Positions 34,877 to 43,793 are shown, counted from the first letter of the stretch. The stretch is 64,000 nt of DNA from Myxococcales bacterium (GCA_016793325.1 JAEUKI010000001.1:50625-114624), one strand, 5' to 3'. Translations and numbers: made by a program. Notes: generated by a model from the letters alone, not told the origin.

Positions 34877-35512
34877 ATGAACGCTCACACGATTAACAGA
34901 GTTCTAGAAATCGCATCGCCAGCGCTTCCTGACGACGATGGTCTGTTTGATGATGCCGACTCGCCGGTCACGATCCTTGGTCGCGGCAGGAGTTTTCGTG
35001 CGTCAACCGTCATTTCCGTCGTTTCGAAGGTCGCCGCGCGTGAGATGCTCCTTGCGTATGACAGCGAACTTACCGGGCCAATCGTAGTAGTCGCGGGAAT
35101 TCTAGGAAGCTCACGACAGCTAGTTCTGCGAGACGTTCTTACAAGCAGTTCAGCATCAAGAGTTCGATATCTGGGCGATCCAGATCCGGCCGATTGGATC
35201 GCGTTTGAGACGCTTCGTCAGTGTGTCGTTGGAGTTTTGCCGCACTGTGAGTGTACCTGGATGCTGAAAGGCATCGCGGAAGGCAACAACATCCCCGCTC
35301 CGACTTCGGGAGTCACGCTCGCGATTTCCTCTGCGGAAAAACTAGTCATGTCGGCGATTGTCTCGCTCGGTCTTTCACGCGAAGTAGCGAGCGTCGTCGG
35401 TAGGGACGCTTTCGCGTTGTGGGAGTCCGGCGCAAAGATCGAACTGGAGGGTCTCCGAAGAATTCACGGGGTGGGACTTTCGCTACATCTACGTGCCAAG
35501 TTGCAGGAATAA
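34877..35512 (+). CDS. Hypothetical protein; candidate immunity protein for the RHS C-terminal domain
   Basis: Starts 17 nt after the rhs stop on the same strand. GC is markedly lower than the flanks (e.g. 'gttctagaaatcgcatcg', 'caagcagttcagcatcaagagttcgatatctg'). 211 aa, no signal peptide. I recognise no family. Confidence 0.6.
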   Translation: MNAHTINRVLEIASPALPDDDGLFDDADSPVTILGRGRSFRASTVISVVSKVAAREMLLAYDSELTGPIVVVAGILGSSRQLVLRDVLTSSSASRVRYLGDPDPADWIAFETLRQCVVGVLPHCECTWMLKGIAEGNNIPAPTSGVTLAISSAEKLVMSAIVSLGLSREVASVVGRDAFALWESGAKIELEGLRRIHGVGLSLHLRAKLQE

Positions 35513-35518
35513 TGCCCC

Positions 35519-35761
35519 ATGCTCCGAACGCCTCGTTTGGTTCTTGAACGTATTCAATTCTGCCGAACTCGAGTGGTGCTATTTGCCGCGGTGGCCGTTG
35601 CTGCGACTGTCGCTAGTGCTCAAGGGGCTCGTGATGGCTCCTTCGAAACGCGAGTTGTCGCCGCCCTCCCTCCCCAATTCGACACCGCCGTCTCCGCCCG
35701 CATCGAACAAACGCAGCTCGCTGTCGCCATCCCGATCGACCTCAATTGGGGGCTCCCGTGA
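35519..35761 (+). CDS. Small secreted hypothetical protein
   Basis: 80 aa. Signal-like VVLFAAVAVAATVASAQG. The stop overlaps the next gene's GTG (GTGA at 35758-35761). Confidence 0.45.
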   Translation: MLRTPRLVLERIQFCRTRVVLFAAVAVAATVASAQGARDGSFETRVVAALPPQFDTAVSARIEQTQLAVAIPIDLNWGLP

Positions 35762-36252
35762 CTCGCTTCGCACTTCCCCTCTCCGCACTCTTGCTCGCGT
35801 GCCGCGAGGCTCCGCGGCGCACGTGTGTCGAGTCGCTCTGTTTCGAGTGGGCCGAGTCGCACACGACGCAGACCTCGGGTCGCCGCCACACTCTGCGCTC
35901 GGACGCGTGGGACGGCGCGTGGATCGATGTTCAATCGTGGGAGCCTGGACCCAATGCACCAACGTCGATCGGCGCGCTCCGCACGCAGTTTGCGAGGTTG
36001 CGTGAGCTCACGGCACCCGCGCGCTCGACGTCGATGCGCGATGGCTCGATCAACGGTCGCCCAGCAGCAGTCGAGGACGCCGTTATCGATTGGCGCGGGC
36101 ACGCGTATCGGCGCGTGACGTGGGTCGTTCCCTCGGTGGCCGCCGGAGCGCGGTGGATCGCGGTGGACGTCACAGCGCGCGCAGAGGATTGGGACCGCGC
36201 GAGCCCGCGCGTGCGGCGCTACATCGAGTCTGCGCGGTGGGAGACGCGCTGA
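35758..36252 (+). CDS. Hypothetical lipoprotein
   Basis: GTG start gives VTRFALPLSALLLAC (lipobox). 164 aa. No recognisable domain. Confidence 0.55.
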   Translation: MTRFALPLSALLLACREAPRRTCVESLCFEWAESHTTQTSGRRHTLRSDAWDGAWIDVQSWEPGPNAPTSIGALRTQFARLRELTAPARSTSMRDGSINGRPAAVEDAVIDWRGHAYRRVTWVVPSVAAGARWIAVDVTARAEDWDRASPRVRRYIESARWETR

Positions 36253-36315
36253 GCGCAAGCGCGTCGTACTCGTCTCCGCTCCGCGCTGACTCGACTCAGC
36301 CCCCTCCAGTTTCCC

Positions 36316-37212
36316 TCAGTAGTACCAGGGAAACTTCGCCCAATCCTTGGGGCGCTTCTCGAGAAACGAGTCGCGCCCTTCTTTGGCTTCTTCGGTCGCG
36401 TACGCGAGGCGCGTCGCTTCGCCGGCGAAGAGCTGCTGCCCCACGAGGCCGTCGTCGCACAAGTTGAACGCGTACTTGAGCATGCGGATCGCGGTGGGGC
36501 TCTTGCCCATGATCTTCTTGGCCCACTCGAGGCCGCGCGTCTCGAGCTCGGCGTGCGGGACGACCGCGTTGACCGCACCCATGTCGAACGCGTCCTGCGC
36601 GGAGTACTCGTCGCCCAAGAAGAAGATCTCTCTCGCGCGCTTTTGTCCGACCATCCGCGCGAGGTACGCGCTTCCGTAGCCGCCGTCGAAGCTCGCGACG
36701 TCGGCGTCGGTCTGCTTGAACTTCGCGTGCTCCTTGCTCGCGAGGGTCATGTCGCACACGACGTGGAGGCTGTGGCCTCCGCCCGCGGCCCAGCCGTTGA
36801 CGAGCGCGATCACGACCTTGGGCATGAACCGAATGAGCCGCTGGCACTCGAGGATGTGGAGCCTCCCGAGCTTCGCTTTGTCCGCGGCGGTGACGGGGCC
36901 GTCGCCCGAGCCTTCGTACTTGTAGCCGTCCTTGCCGCGGATGCGCTGGTCGCCGCCCGAACAAAAGGCCCACACGCCGTCCTTGGGCGCAGGTCCGTTG
37001 CCCGTGAGCAGCACCACGCCCACGTCGCTCGACTCGCGCGCGTGATCGAGGGCGTTGTACAGCTCGTCGACGGTCTTCGGTCGAAACGCGTTGCGCACTT
37101 CGGGCCGATTGAACGCGATGCGAACGCAGCCCGTGTCCTTGGCGCGGTGGTAGGTGATGTCCGTGAAATCGAAGCCGGGGACTTCGGTCCACAGCGTTGG
37201 GTCGAAGGTCAT
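36316..37212 (-). CDS. menB: 1,4-dihydroxy-2-naphthoyl-CoA synthase (crotonase superfamily)
   Basis: Contains YHRAKDTGCVRIAFNRPEVRNAFRP, AFCSGGDQRIRG, GWAAGGGHSLHVVCDMTLAS and DGGYGSAYLAR. Length (298 aa) and motifs are typical of MenB. Confidence 0.9.
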   Translation of the reverse strand: MTFDPTLWTEVPGFDFTDITYHRAKDTGCVRIAFNRPEVRNAFRPKTVDELYNALDHARESSDVGVVLLTGNGPAPKDGVWAFCSGGDQRIRGKDGYKYEGSGDGPVTAADKAKLGRLHILECQRLIRFMPKVVIALVNGWAAGGGHSLHVVCDMTLASKEHAKFKQTDADVASFDGGYGSAYLARMVGQKRAREIFFLGDEYSAQDAFDMGAVNAVVPHAELETRGLEWAKKIMGKSPTAIRMLKYAFNLCDDGLVGQQLFAGEATRLAYATEEAKEGRDSFLEKRPKDWAKFPWYY

Positions 37213-37218
37213 CGCGCG

Positions 37219-37908
37219 TCAGCCTCCCGAGAGCGCGTCGATCCAACGCGAGGGAAGGCCGCGGGTCTTGGCGATCACGCCGAGCTCGCTCTCGACGTGC
37301 TCGCGAAGGACGCGCGCGCTGTCGAGCCACGCTTCGACGCGGGCTTGCAGCGAGCCGAGCGACGCGTAGACCTCGCCGCGCTCGACGAGGGCGCGGTTGC
37401 TCACTTGCAGCGCGGTGCGAAGGGGCTCGAGCTCTTCGGCGAGGTCCGCCGGTAGATTTTGTGTGCGCTCGAGCTCGGACAGGACGAGCGTCGCGGCGGG
37501 CACTTCGGCGTCGAGCCCGAGCGCCACGATCCCCTCGTGCGGCTCGGGAAAGAGGGACTTGTAGCGCGCTCCGTCGCGGCCGCCGTGGCTCGCGATCACG
37601 ACGTTGGCGAGCGACTCGATGCGGTGATCGAGCGCGGCGTCGGCCACGCGGATGCGCGCGGCGATGGCGAGCGTCGCGGTGCGGAGCTGCAGGCGTCGCG
37701 ACTCGATCTCGCTCCACTCGTGCAGGGCTGCGCTCACGCGGCGCGCGAGCGGTTGAATCACGGGATCGTCGGACACGCTGTCGAGCGCGAACGCCGAGCG
37801 CGTGAGCGCGGCCCACGCGGCGTCCCACGCGTTGCTGGGGCCGTCGAAGACCGAGAAGGTGTGGTGGTGATGGCCGTGGTGGCCGTGGTGATCGGAGTGG
37901 TGATGCAT
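37219..37908 (-). CDS. Hypothetical protein with a natural poly-His N-terminus
   Basis: MHHHSDHHGHHGHHHHTF... followed by about 210 aa that look helical. The stop is 6 nt before the menB start. The track ORF extension to 38211 is mirror-frame noise. Confidence 0.6.
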   Translation of the reverse strand: MHHHSDHHGHHGHHHHTFSVFDGPSNAWDAAWAALTRSAFALDSVSDDPVIQPLARRVSAALHEWSEIESRRLQLRTATLAIAARIRVADAALDHRIESLANVVIASHGGRDGARYKSLFPEPHEGIVALGLDAEVPAATLVLSELERTQNLPADLAEELEPLRTALQVSNRALVERGEVYASLGSLQARVEAWLDSARVLREHVESELGVIAKTRGLPSRWIDALSGG

Positions 37909-37922
37909 GTCGATTCCCTCGC

Positions 37923-38654
37923 TCACTTCACAGACTTCTTGATGTCTTTGCTGAACACTCCGCCCATGGGCGCGCCGCCGTAGCCGCCGTAGGTGGGGCT
38001 GTACGATCCCGCGGCGCTCTTGTTGCCCGCGTCGCCCTTGGCGCCAGGAACAACCCACTGCCCCGCGCTCGGCGGCGCGAAGCCGCCACCGAATGCGCCA
38101 CCGCCAGCGCTGGCGTCGAGTCCTGCCGGAGATTGCGCGCCGCCCGCGCCGGAGAAGAGCGAGTCGAGGTTGAAGCCTCCGCCGCTCGTTCCCCCGCGCA
38201 TTTTCTCCCACAGAAAGTCGATCAGCCAGGGCGTCGCGACGGCGCCGACCGCGCCCGCGACGCGGCTCGGAAGTCCGAAGCGCGTGGCGATCACCTGCGC
38301 GACGTGGCCGCCGACGACGCCCTGCAGTCCGTCCACCGCGGCGCCCATGAAGCCGTCACCGCGGAGCAGTCCCGTGACCGCGCCCGCGATGAAATTCTGT
38401 GCGTAGTTGCTGTCGCCGATGTTTAGCAACGCGCCGCCGAGGCCCTGCGCTTGTCCTGCGCCGCCCGAGGCTCCAGGCGCGCCGCCCGAGAGAAAACCGG
38501 GGCCCGCTTTGGCCATCGCTTGCGCGGCGGCGGGGAGCGCGGCTTGGAGCATTCCAGTCGCTTGTTGCTGCGAGTAGCCCTGCCCCATGAGCTGCTGCAG
38601 CGCGCCCTGTCCTTGGCGCGACGAAGTGAACATCGAGAACAACTGATCGATCAT
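37923..38654 (-). CDS. Hypothetical Gly/Ala/Gln-rich protein
   Basis: MIDQLFSMFTSSRQGQGALQQLMGQGYSQQQATGMLQ... with Gly-rich low-complexity runs. Ends KDIKKSVK. Same strand as the His-rich gene, 14 nt upstream of it. Confidence 0.55.
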   Translation of the reverse strand: MIDQLFSMFTSSRQGQGALQQLMGQGYSQQQATGMLQAALPAAAQAMAKAGPGFLSGGAPGASGGAGQAQGLGGALLNIGDSNYAQNFIAGAVTGLLRGDGFMGAAVDGLQGVVGGHVAQVIATRFGLPSRVAGAVGAVATPWLIDFLWEKMRGGTSGGGFNLDSLFSGAGGAQSPAGLDASAGGGAFGGGFAPPSAGQWVVPGAKGDAGNKSAAGSYSPTYGGYGGAPMGGVFSKDIKKSVK

Positions 38655-38820
38655 CGAAGACGACCTTTCGTGCTGTGCGTTGTGTGCTCGGCGCAATGTG
38701 CCTCCCGAGCGGCCGCGCGGAGTGTACGTGGGATGCGCTGCGTGTGGACCCCCTGACACCACCGGGAAATTCTGCGCGCTCGACCCCGCCCGACGCTGGT
38801 AGCTTCGCTCGATCACAGCG

Positions 38821-40005
38821 ATGACGAGCGAGCCCTACGTTGCCGAACGCAGAACCAAGAGCGCCGACGACCCGTACGCCACGGTGGACCGGCAAGCGTT
38901 CGCGCGAGACATCGACGCCCTTCGAGCCGAGGCCGAGCGAGACCTCTCGCCCGAGGACCACGCGCACATGCGCAAGCTCGCGCGCTGGGGACGCCTGTGC
39001 ACCGCGGCGGGGTACGCGACGGCGTGGATCGCGCCGAACGCGCTGTCCGCGGCGCTGATCTCGACGGGCTCGATGGCGCGCTGGACGATCGTCGCGCACC
39101 ACACGATGCACAAGGCGCTGGATCGGATCGAGGGCGTTCCGGACGAAGAGACGTCGCGCGGGTTCGCGAAGGGCAAGCGGCGGTTGGCGGACTGGTTCGA
39201 TTGGCTCCTGCCCGAGGCGTGGGACTACGAGCACAACGTGCTGCATCACTTTCGAACGAGCGAGCTCGCGGACCCCGACCTCGTCGAAGAGAACGTCGAT
39301 GGCCTGCGAAACAGCTCGCTTCCCCGCGCGGCGAAATACGCGGCCGTGGCCTTCTACGCGCTCACCTGGAAGTGGAGCTACTACGCGCCGAACACCTTCC
39401 AAATCGTGAAGCGCTCGGAGCGCCGCCGCGCGTCGAACGAGCGGCCGGCGGACCCGAGCACGCACGACGCGCGCGGACCGGAGCGGTACCTCGCGACGTT
39501 CAACCCGCTGACCGAAGAGGGACGAGAGTTCTTGCGGCGGTGCGTGGCGCCGTACGGAGCGATTCGTTTCGTGGTGATTCCCGCGGCGTTTCTCGCGCTG
39601 GGGCCGTGGGCGTCGGCGAGCGTCCTTGCCAACTCGCTCGCGGCCGAGGCGATGACCAACGCGCACACGTTCGTGATCATCGCGACCAACCACGCGGGGG
39701 ACGACCTGTATCGCTTCGACTCGCAGGGACGCGGGCGCGGTGAGTACTACCTGCGCCAAGTGCTGAGCTCGGTGAACTTCCGCACCGGCGGCGATCTAAA
39801 CGATTTTCTCCACGGGTTTCTCAACTACCAGATCGAGCATCACTTGTTTCCGGACTTGCCGCCGCGGCAGTACCAGAAGCTCGCGCCCAAGGTGAAAGCG
39901 GTCTGCGAGAAGCACGGCGTTCCGTACGTGCAAGAGAGCGTGTGGAAGCGCGTGGGTCAGCTGGTCGACATCATCGTGGGAAAGCGCGAGATGCAGCGGC
40001 GGTAG
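38821..40005 (+). CDS. Membrane fatty-acid desaturase family protein
   Basis: Three His boxes are present: HHTMHKALD, HNVLHH and QIEHHLFPD. Hydrophobic segments sit between the boxes. Confidence 0.9.
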   Translation: MTSEPYVAERRTKSADDPYATVDRQAFARDIDALRAEAERDLSPEDHAHMRKLARWGRLCTAAGYATAWIAPNALSAALISTGSMARWTIVAHHTMHKALDRIEGVPDEETSRGFAKGKRRLADWFDWLLPEAWDYEHNVLHHFRTSELADPDLVEENVDGLRNSSLPRAAKYAAVAFYALTWKWSYYAPNTFQIVKRSERRRASNERPADPSTHDARGPERYLATFNPLTEEGREFLRRCVAPYGAIRFVVIPAAFLALGPWASASVLANSLAAEAMTNAHTFVIIATNHAGDDLYRFDSQGRGRGEYYLRQVLSSVNFRTGGDLNDFLHGFLNYQIEHHLFPDLPPRQYQKLAPKVKAVCEKHGVPYVQESVWKRVGQLVDIIVGKREMQRR

Positions 40006-40059
40006 GGCCGAAGGGCAGAGGGGAGAGCGGGCGCGGTAGCGTGGGACGCGGCGAGCGGG

Positions 40060-40404
40060 GCGCGGCAGCAAGCGGCCGCGAGGGCGCGGCAGCAAGCGGC
40101 CGCGCACTGTGCCTCGAAGACATCACGGGGCACTTTCACGCGATCTATCTCGGCAGGCGTTCTCGCTCGCGCTCGAACTTGGAGAGAAGAGCCGTTCGAA
40201 CTCTGCCTGCACATTTACAGCTCACTCGAAGCACGCACGCGCCACAACTCCCGTTCCTCAGTTCGAGCGCGAGCGAGAACGCCTGCGGAGCAAGCTCGAG
40301 AAGACTCGCTGACCGGGTCTGCGAAGCACAGTGCGCGGCTGCTTGCTGCCGCGCCCCGAGTGGCTGCTCGCTGCCGCGCCCCGAGTGGCTGCTCGCTGCC
40401 GCGC
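40060..40404. repeat. Composite intergenic repeat: tandem 24/25-nt units flanking nested inverted repeats
   Basis: 'gcgcggcagcaagcggccgcg' occurs twice (40060, 40084). 40084-40112 is the reverse complement of 40326-40354 (29 nt, 1 mismatch). 40153-40178 is the reverse complement of 40261-40286 (26 nt, perfect). 'cccgagtggctgctcgctgccgcgc' occurs twice (about 40355-40404). Confidence 0.85.
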
Positions 40405-40475
40405 CGCCCGCTCCCTTCTCACGCGCGCTCACTTTTCTCGGAACTTCGTCCCGCTCGCCGGTGTCGGCTCCGGCC

Positions 40476-41930
40476 ATGGAGCCGATGTTCGCACTCTCGA
40501 TGCGCGCGCCGATGGACCCGAGCGAGGTCGAGCGCTCGGAGGGTCTCGTCCTCGAAGTGACCGTGCGCTGGGGGGATCGCCTCGTTCGCGTGCAGCACCT
40601 CGCCGTTGGAGAGCGCTTCACGCTCGGGCGACGCGCGGACGACCGCGTCGCGTCGATGTGCATCGATGCCCGTGAATTGCCGGACCACGACGCGCGCTTC
40701 GTGCTCGCCGCGCACGATGGAAGCGCGCTCGTCGCGAGGCTCCCTGCTGAGGCGCACACGACGATCGATGGGGACGCGGACGCGCTCGTGGTCGAACACG
40801 AAGTCGACGGTGTGCGTCGCGTCGCGCTCGCGCTCGGAGCGCTCGTTCGCGTCACGCTCGGCGGACTGGAGTTCTCGTTTCGCGCGGTGCGCGCCCCGCG
40901 GCGTGCGGTACGGCGTGGCGCGATGGATCGAGCGTTCTCGGGCGCGCTGCTCGGAGCCGTTGTCGCGCTCGGCGTGACCGCGTCGCTGGTGTACGGACTG
41001 TCTGCACCGCAGAGCGAGCTGCTCGCGGACACGCTGTTGGACGAGCGCGACGCGACGATTCGGCACTGGGTCGCGAGGCAACGGGAGTGGTCGCTCACCG
41101 AGCGAACCGATGCGCCTGGAGCCGCGCAGGACTCGCAGCCCAACGGACGCGCGCCAGGGCCTGCCGGAGCGACAGGGGCGTTCGAGGCACCGCGGCGAAT
41201 CACGCGGTCCGCGGTGCGGGATCGCGGGCTCGTTCCGCAGCTCGCGAGGACGCGCGCGAGGGAGCTCGTCGAGACGCGCGGGATCTTCGCTGCGCTCGGC
41301 GCGCCATCGGACGCACGCGAGACGCGCGCGCCCGAGAGTCCCTTTGGGGGCCTCTTGTCATCGGGCGCGGACGCGCGCGACGCGTGGGGAAGCAGCGACG
41401 TCGGCGATGTGGCAGACGGGTTCGGCTACGGCGGGCTAGGTCGCTTGAATTCTGGTGCTGGACCGGGAGGCGGAGGATCGGGCGCCGGCGGGACGTGCGG
41501 CGTCGACTCGTGCGACGCCGGAATCTTCGGTCACGGAATGGGCTCGGGCGCGATGCTCCGCGCCCGTCGGGCAGCGATCGGCGCGCTCAGGCCCATCGGG
41601 ACGCGCGGGCCCATCGTTCGTGCCGCGCCCATCCAGGTCGGAGGAACGTACTCGCGCGAGGTCGTTCGTCGCGTGATCCAACGCAACATGGGCCAGGTGC
41701 AGCACTGCTTCGAGCAAGCGCTCTCGCGAAATCGCGACGCGACCGGGCGCGTGATGGTGCGCTTCGTGATCGCGGCCGACGGGCGCGTCGCGGGCGCGAA
41801 CGCGACGGAGAACACGACGGGCGACGCGTTGCTCGGCGCGTGCATCGCGGGCGCGTTTCGACGCTGGCAGTTTCCGTCCCCCGACGGCATCGTGACCGTG
41901 AGCTACCCGATTCTGCTTCGCGTCGATTGA
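40476..41930 (+). CDS. AgmX/PglI-type C-terminal-domain (TonB-C-like) membrane protein with an FHA-like N-terminus
   Basis: One TM helix (FSGALLGAVVALGVTASLVYGL). The C-terminus VVRRVIQRNMGQVQHCFEQALSRNRDATGRVMVRFVIAADGRVAGA...CIAGAFRRWQFPSPDGIVTVSYPILL is the myxobacterial AgmX/PglI-type domain as I remember it. The N-terminal ~100 aa are FHA-like (weak). Confidence 0.6.
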   Translation: MEPMFALSMRAPMDPSEVERSEGLVLEVTVRWGDRLVRVQHLAVGERFTLGRRADDRVASMCIDARELPDHDARFVLAAHDGSALVARLPAEAHTTIDGDADALVVEHEVDGVRRVALALGALVRVTLGGLEFSFRAVRAPRRAVRRGAMDRAFSGALLGAVVALGVTASLVYGLSAPQSELLADTLLDERDATIRHWVARQREWSLTERTDAPGAAQDSQPNGRAPGPAGATGAFEAPRRITRSAVRDRGLVPQLARTRARELVETRGIFAALGAPSDARETRAPESPFGGLLSSGADARDAWGSSDVGDVADGFGYGGLGRLNSGAGPGGGGSGAGGTCGVDSCDAGIFGHGMGSGAMLRARRAAIGALRPIGTRGPIVRAAPIQVGGTYSREVVRRVIQRNMGQVQHCFEQALSRNRDATGRVMVRFVIAADGRVAGANATENTTGDALLGACIAGAFRRWQFPSPDGIVTVSYPILLRVD

Positions 41931-41953
41931 GCGACGAAGCGACGGGGCGCTCA

Positions 41954-42111
41954 GAGGCTTTCCAGACGCAAACTCCAGGACTTCTGCGGCAGATCCGCGT
42001 CGCCGGTCGGCGTCATGTCCTCTTGCAATACCTCCAGTATTGCGGCGAGGACATTCCTTGTCCGGCTCGCGTCTCTTTGCAGAAGTCCCGGTTTCGCATC
42101 TGGAAAGCCTC
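41954..42111. repeat. ~158-nt long imperfect hairpin between convergent genes
   Basis: The outer arms 41954-41987 and 42079-42111 are complementary with a few mismatches and indels. An inner hairpin lies at 42015-42054 (atgtcctc/gaggacat and gcaatac/gtattgc). The right arm abuts the FKBP stop at 42112. Confidence 0.7.
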
Positions 42112-42972
42112 TCAGTGACCGTGGCCGGCGTGCGGATCGGCCGCGCCGGTCGTGGTCGTCGTTGTGGAGTTCGGAGCGCTCGGCGAGACGTTCGAGGGCG
42201 CGCCGCCATCGCTGTCAGCCGCTTGAGGACGCGGCGCGATGCTGATGAGCTCCACTTCGAAATCGAGCGTCGATCCCGCGGGAATCTGGCGCTGTCCGCG
42301 ATCGCCGTACGCGATGTCCGGCGGGCACACGAGGCGCGCGCGGCCGTGGACCTTCATGCGCTGAACGCCCTCGGTCCAGCACGGGATCACGCCGCCGAGC
42401 GGAAACGTCGCGGGCTCGCCGCGGCCGCGAGAGCTGTCGAACTCGGTGCCGTCCGGGAGCGTTCCTCGGTAGTGCACGGTGACGGTGTCTTGCGCGGTGG
42501 GGCTCGGTCCGTCGCCCTCGGCGATGTCGCGGTACACCAAGCCCGAGGGGAGCACTTGCGCGCCGGGCTCGCGCGCTGCGCGCTCGGCGAACTCGCGACC
42601 ACGGCGGCGCGTTTCTGCAGAGGCCGCGCGGGCGCGCTCTTCGCTCATCTCGCGGAGGCGCGGGATGTACTCGCGCGGATTGACGACCAAGCGCGCGCCC
42701 GTGAGCTGGTCGTGCATTCCGCGGTGAACGAACGCGAGCTCCGCGGGCGTGAGGTTGAACTCACGAAGCCCCTGCGCCTGCAGTGCGCCCAACGAATACA
42801 GCGCGCGCTGGCTGTCGTTTGTCGGAGCGGCCATCGCCACGCCACCGCCGCCGCCGCCGCGTCCGCCGCGTCCACGCATGCGCTTGCAGCCCGTCACCGA
42901 GGCGAGCGCGACGAGTCCGAGGATCAAACCCACATGGGCAGGGCGACGAGAGAAGCTTGTCGGTGTGTTCAT
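42112..42972 (-). CDS. FKBP-type peptidyl-prolyl cis-trans isomerase lipoprotein
   Basis: Lipobox LVALASVTGC. FKBP domain: GLVYRDIAEGDGPSPTAQDTVTVHYRGTLPDGTEFDSS...FPLGGVIPCWTEGVQRMKVHGRARLVCPPDIAYG. The tail ends in HAGHGH. Confidence 0.88.
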   Translation of the reverse strand: MNTPTSFSRRPAHVGLILGLVALASVTGCKRMRGRGGRGGGGGGVAMAAPTNDSQRALYSLGALQAQGLREFNLTPAELAFVHRGMHDQLTGARLVVNPREYIPRLREMSEERARAASAETRRRGREFAERAAREPGAQVLPSGLVYRDIAEGDGPSPTAQDTVTVHYRGTLPDGTEFDSSRGRGEPATFPLGGVIPCWTEGVQRMKVHGRARLVCPPDIAYGDRGQRQIPAGSTLDFEVELISIAPRPQAADSDGGAPSNVSPSAPNSTTTTTTGAADPHAGHGH

Positions 42973-43121
42973 GGCAGGGACGATTTGTTGAATTGCTGTG
43001 AGTGGGAGCGGCGCGTCGAAGACCCACAAGGGGGGGGGCGCGAAGGGCGCGGATGATGCCACCGTCCCGCACGTTGTCACCTCCCATTCGAGGAACGGGC
43101 GTTTCGCGGTAAGTTCTGCGC

Positions 43122-43373
43122 GTGAACCGCTCGATCCTCTCGCTGGGCGCGCTGGCGCTCGTTTCGTTCTTCGGCTCCGCGTGCGCAGCGGAGAACAACC
43201 GCACCATCCTCCTCGCGCAGCGCGGCGCAGTCACCTGTACGGCCGACGCGGATTGCGCGCGGCGCATGCGCCTTCCGCGCGCGCGTCGCTGCTCGAACGG
43301 CGCGCCGCAGACCCCGTCGCTCTGCTGCCGCATGGGCTACTGCGGCGTGTGCTGGAGCGAGTGCGGTAGGTGA
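43122..43373 (+). CDS. Small Cys-rich lipoprotein
   Basis: MNRSILSLGALALVSFFGSAC (lipobox). 8 Cys in the ~60-aa mature part. The stop overlaps the next GTG (GTGA). Confidence 0.55.
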   Translation: MNRSILSLGALALVSFFGSACAAENNRTILLAQRGAVTCTADADCARRMRLPRARRCSNGAPQTPSLCCRMGYCGVCWSECGR

Positions 43374-43765
43374 CGCAGGCCTCGGGTCACGCGTCGTTTC
43401 GCGTGCAAATTTACTACGAGGACACCGATCACTCGGGGCTCGTGTACCACGCGAACTACCTCAAGTACTTCGAGCGCGCGCGCGAGCACTTGCTCGGCGT
43501 GAGCGAGCTCGTGCGCCTGCTCGAACAAGACGGCATCGGGTTCGTCGTCTACAAGTGCGAGATGACGTTTCGCGAGGGCGCGGTCTTCGGAGACACGCTC
43601 GAGATCCGCACGACGCCCAGCAAAGAGAGCGAGTTTCGGCTGTCGTTCAAGCAGGACGTCTACCGAGGCGACAAGCTCTTGGTGCAAGGGCTCGTGCAGA
43701 TGGTGTGCGTCGATCGAGAGAAGAAGCTCGTGCGCGTCCCGTCGTCGGTGATCGATCGCCTGTGA
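43370..43765 (+). CDS. YbgC/4HBT-family acyl-CoA thioesterase
   Basis: FRVQIYYEDTDHSGLVYHANYLKYFERAREHLLG is the YbgC hot-dog signature. 131 aa. Confidence 0.88.
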   Translation: MTQASGHASFRVQIYYEDTDHSGLVYHANYLKYFERAREHLLGVSELVRLLEQDGIGFVVYKCEMTFREGAVFGDTLEIRTTPSKESEFRLSFKQDVYRGDKLLVQGLVQMVCVDREKKLVRVPSSVIDRL

Positions 43766-43793
43766 GCGCGCGCGGCGTCGTGCCTGCGACCGT

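Noticed and set aside
34877-35512. A possible Toprim/DUF2399 (JetD- or TopoVI-A-like) relationship of the immunity candidate, based on 'VRYLGDPDPADWIAF'.
   Set aside because: It rests on a single short motif. The upstream strand that should carry the catalytic Glu reads PIVVVAGILG, with no acidic residue. This is not enough to call a domain.
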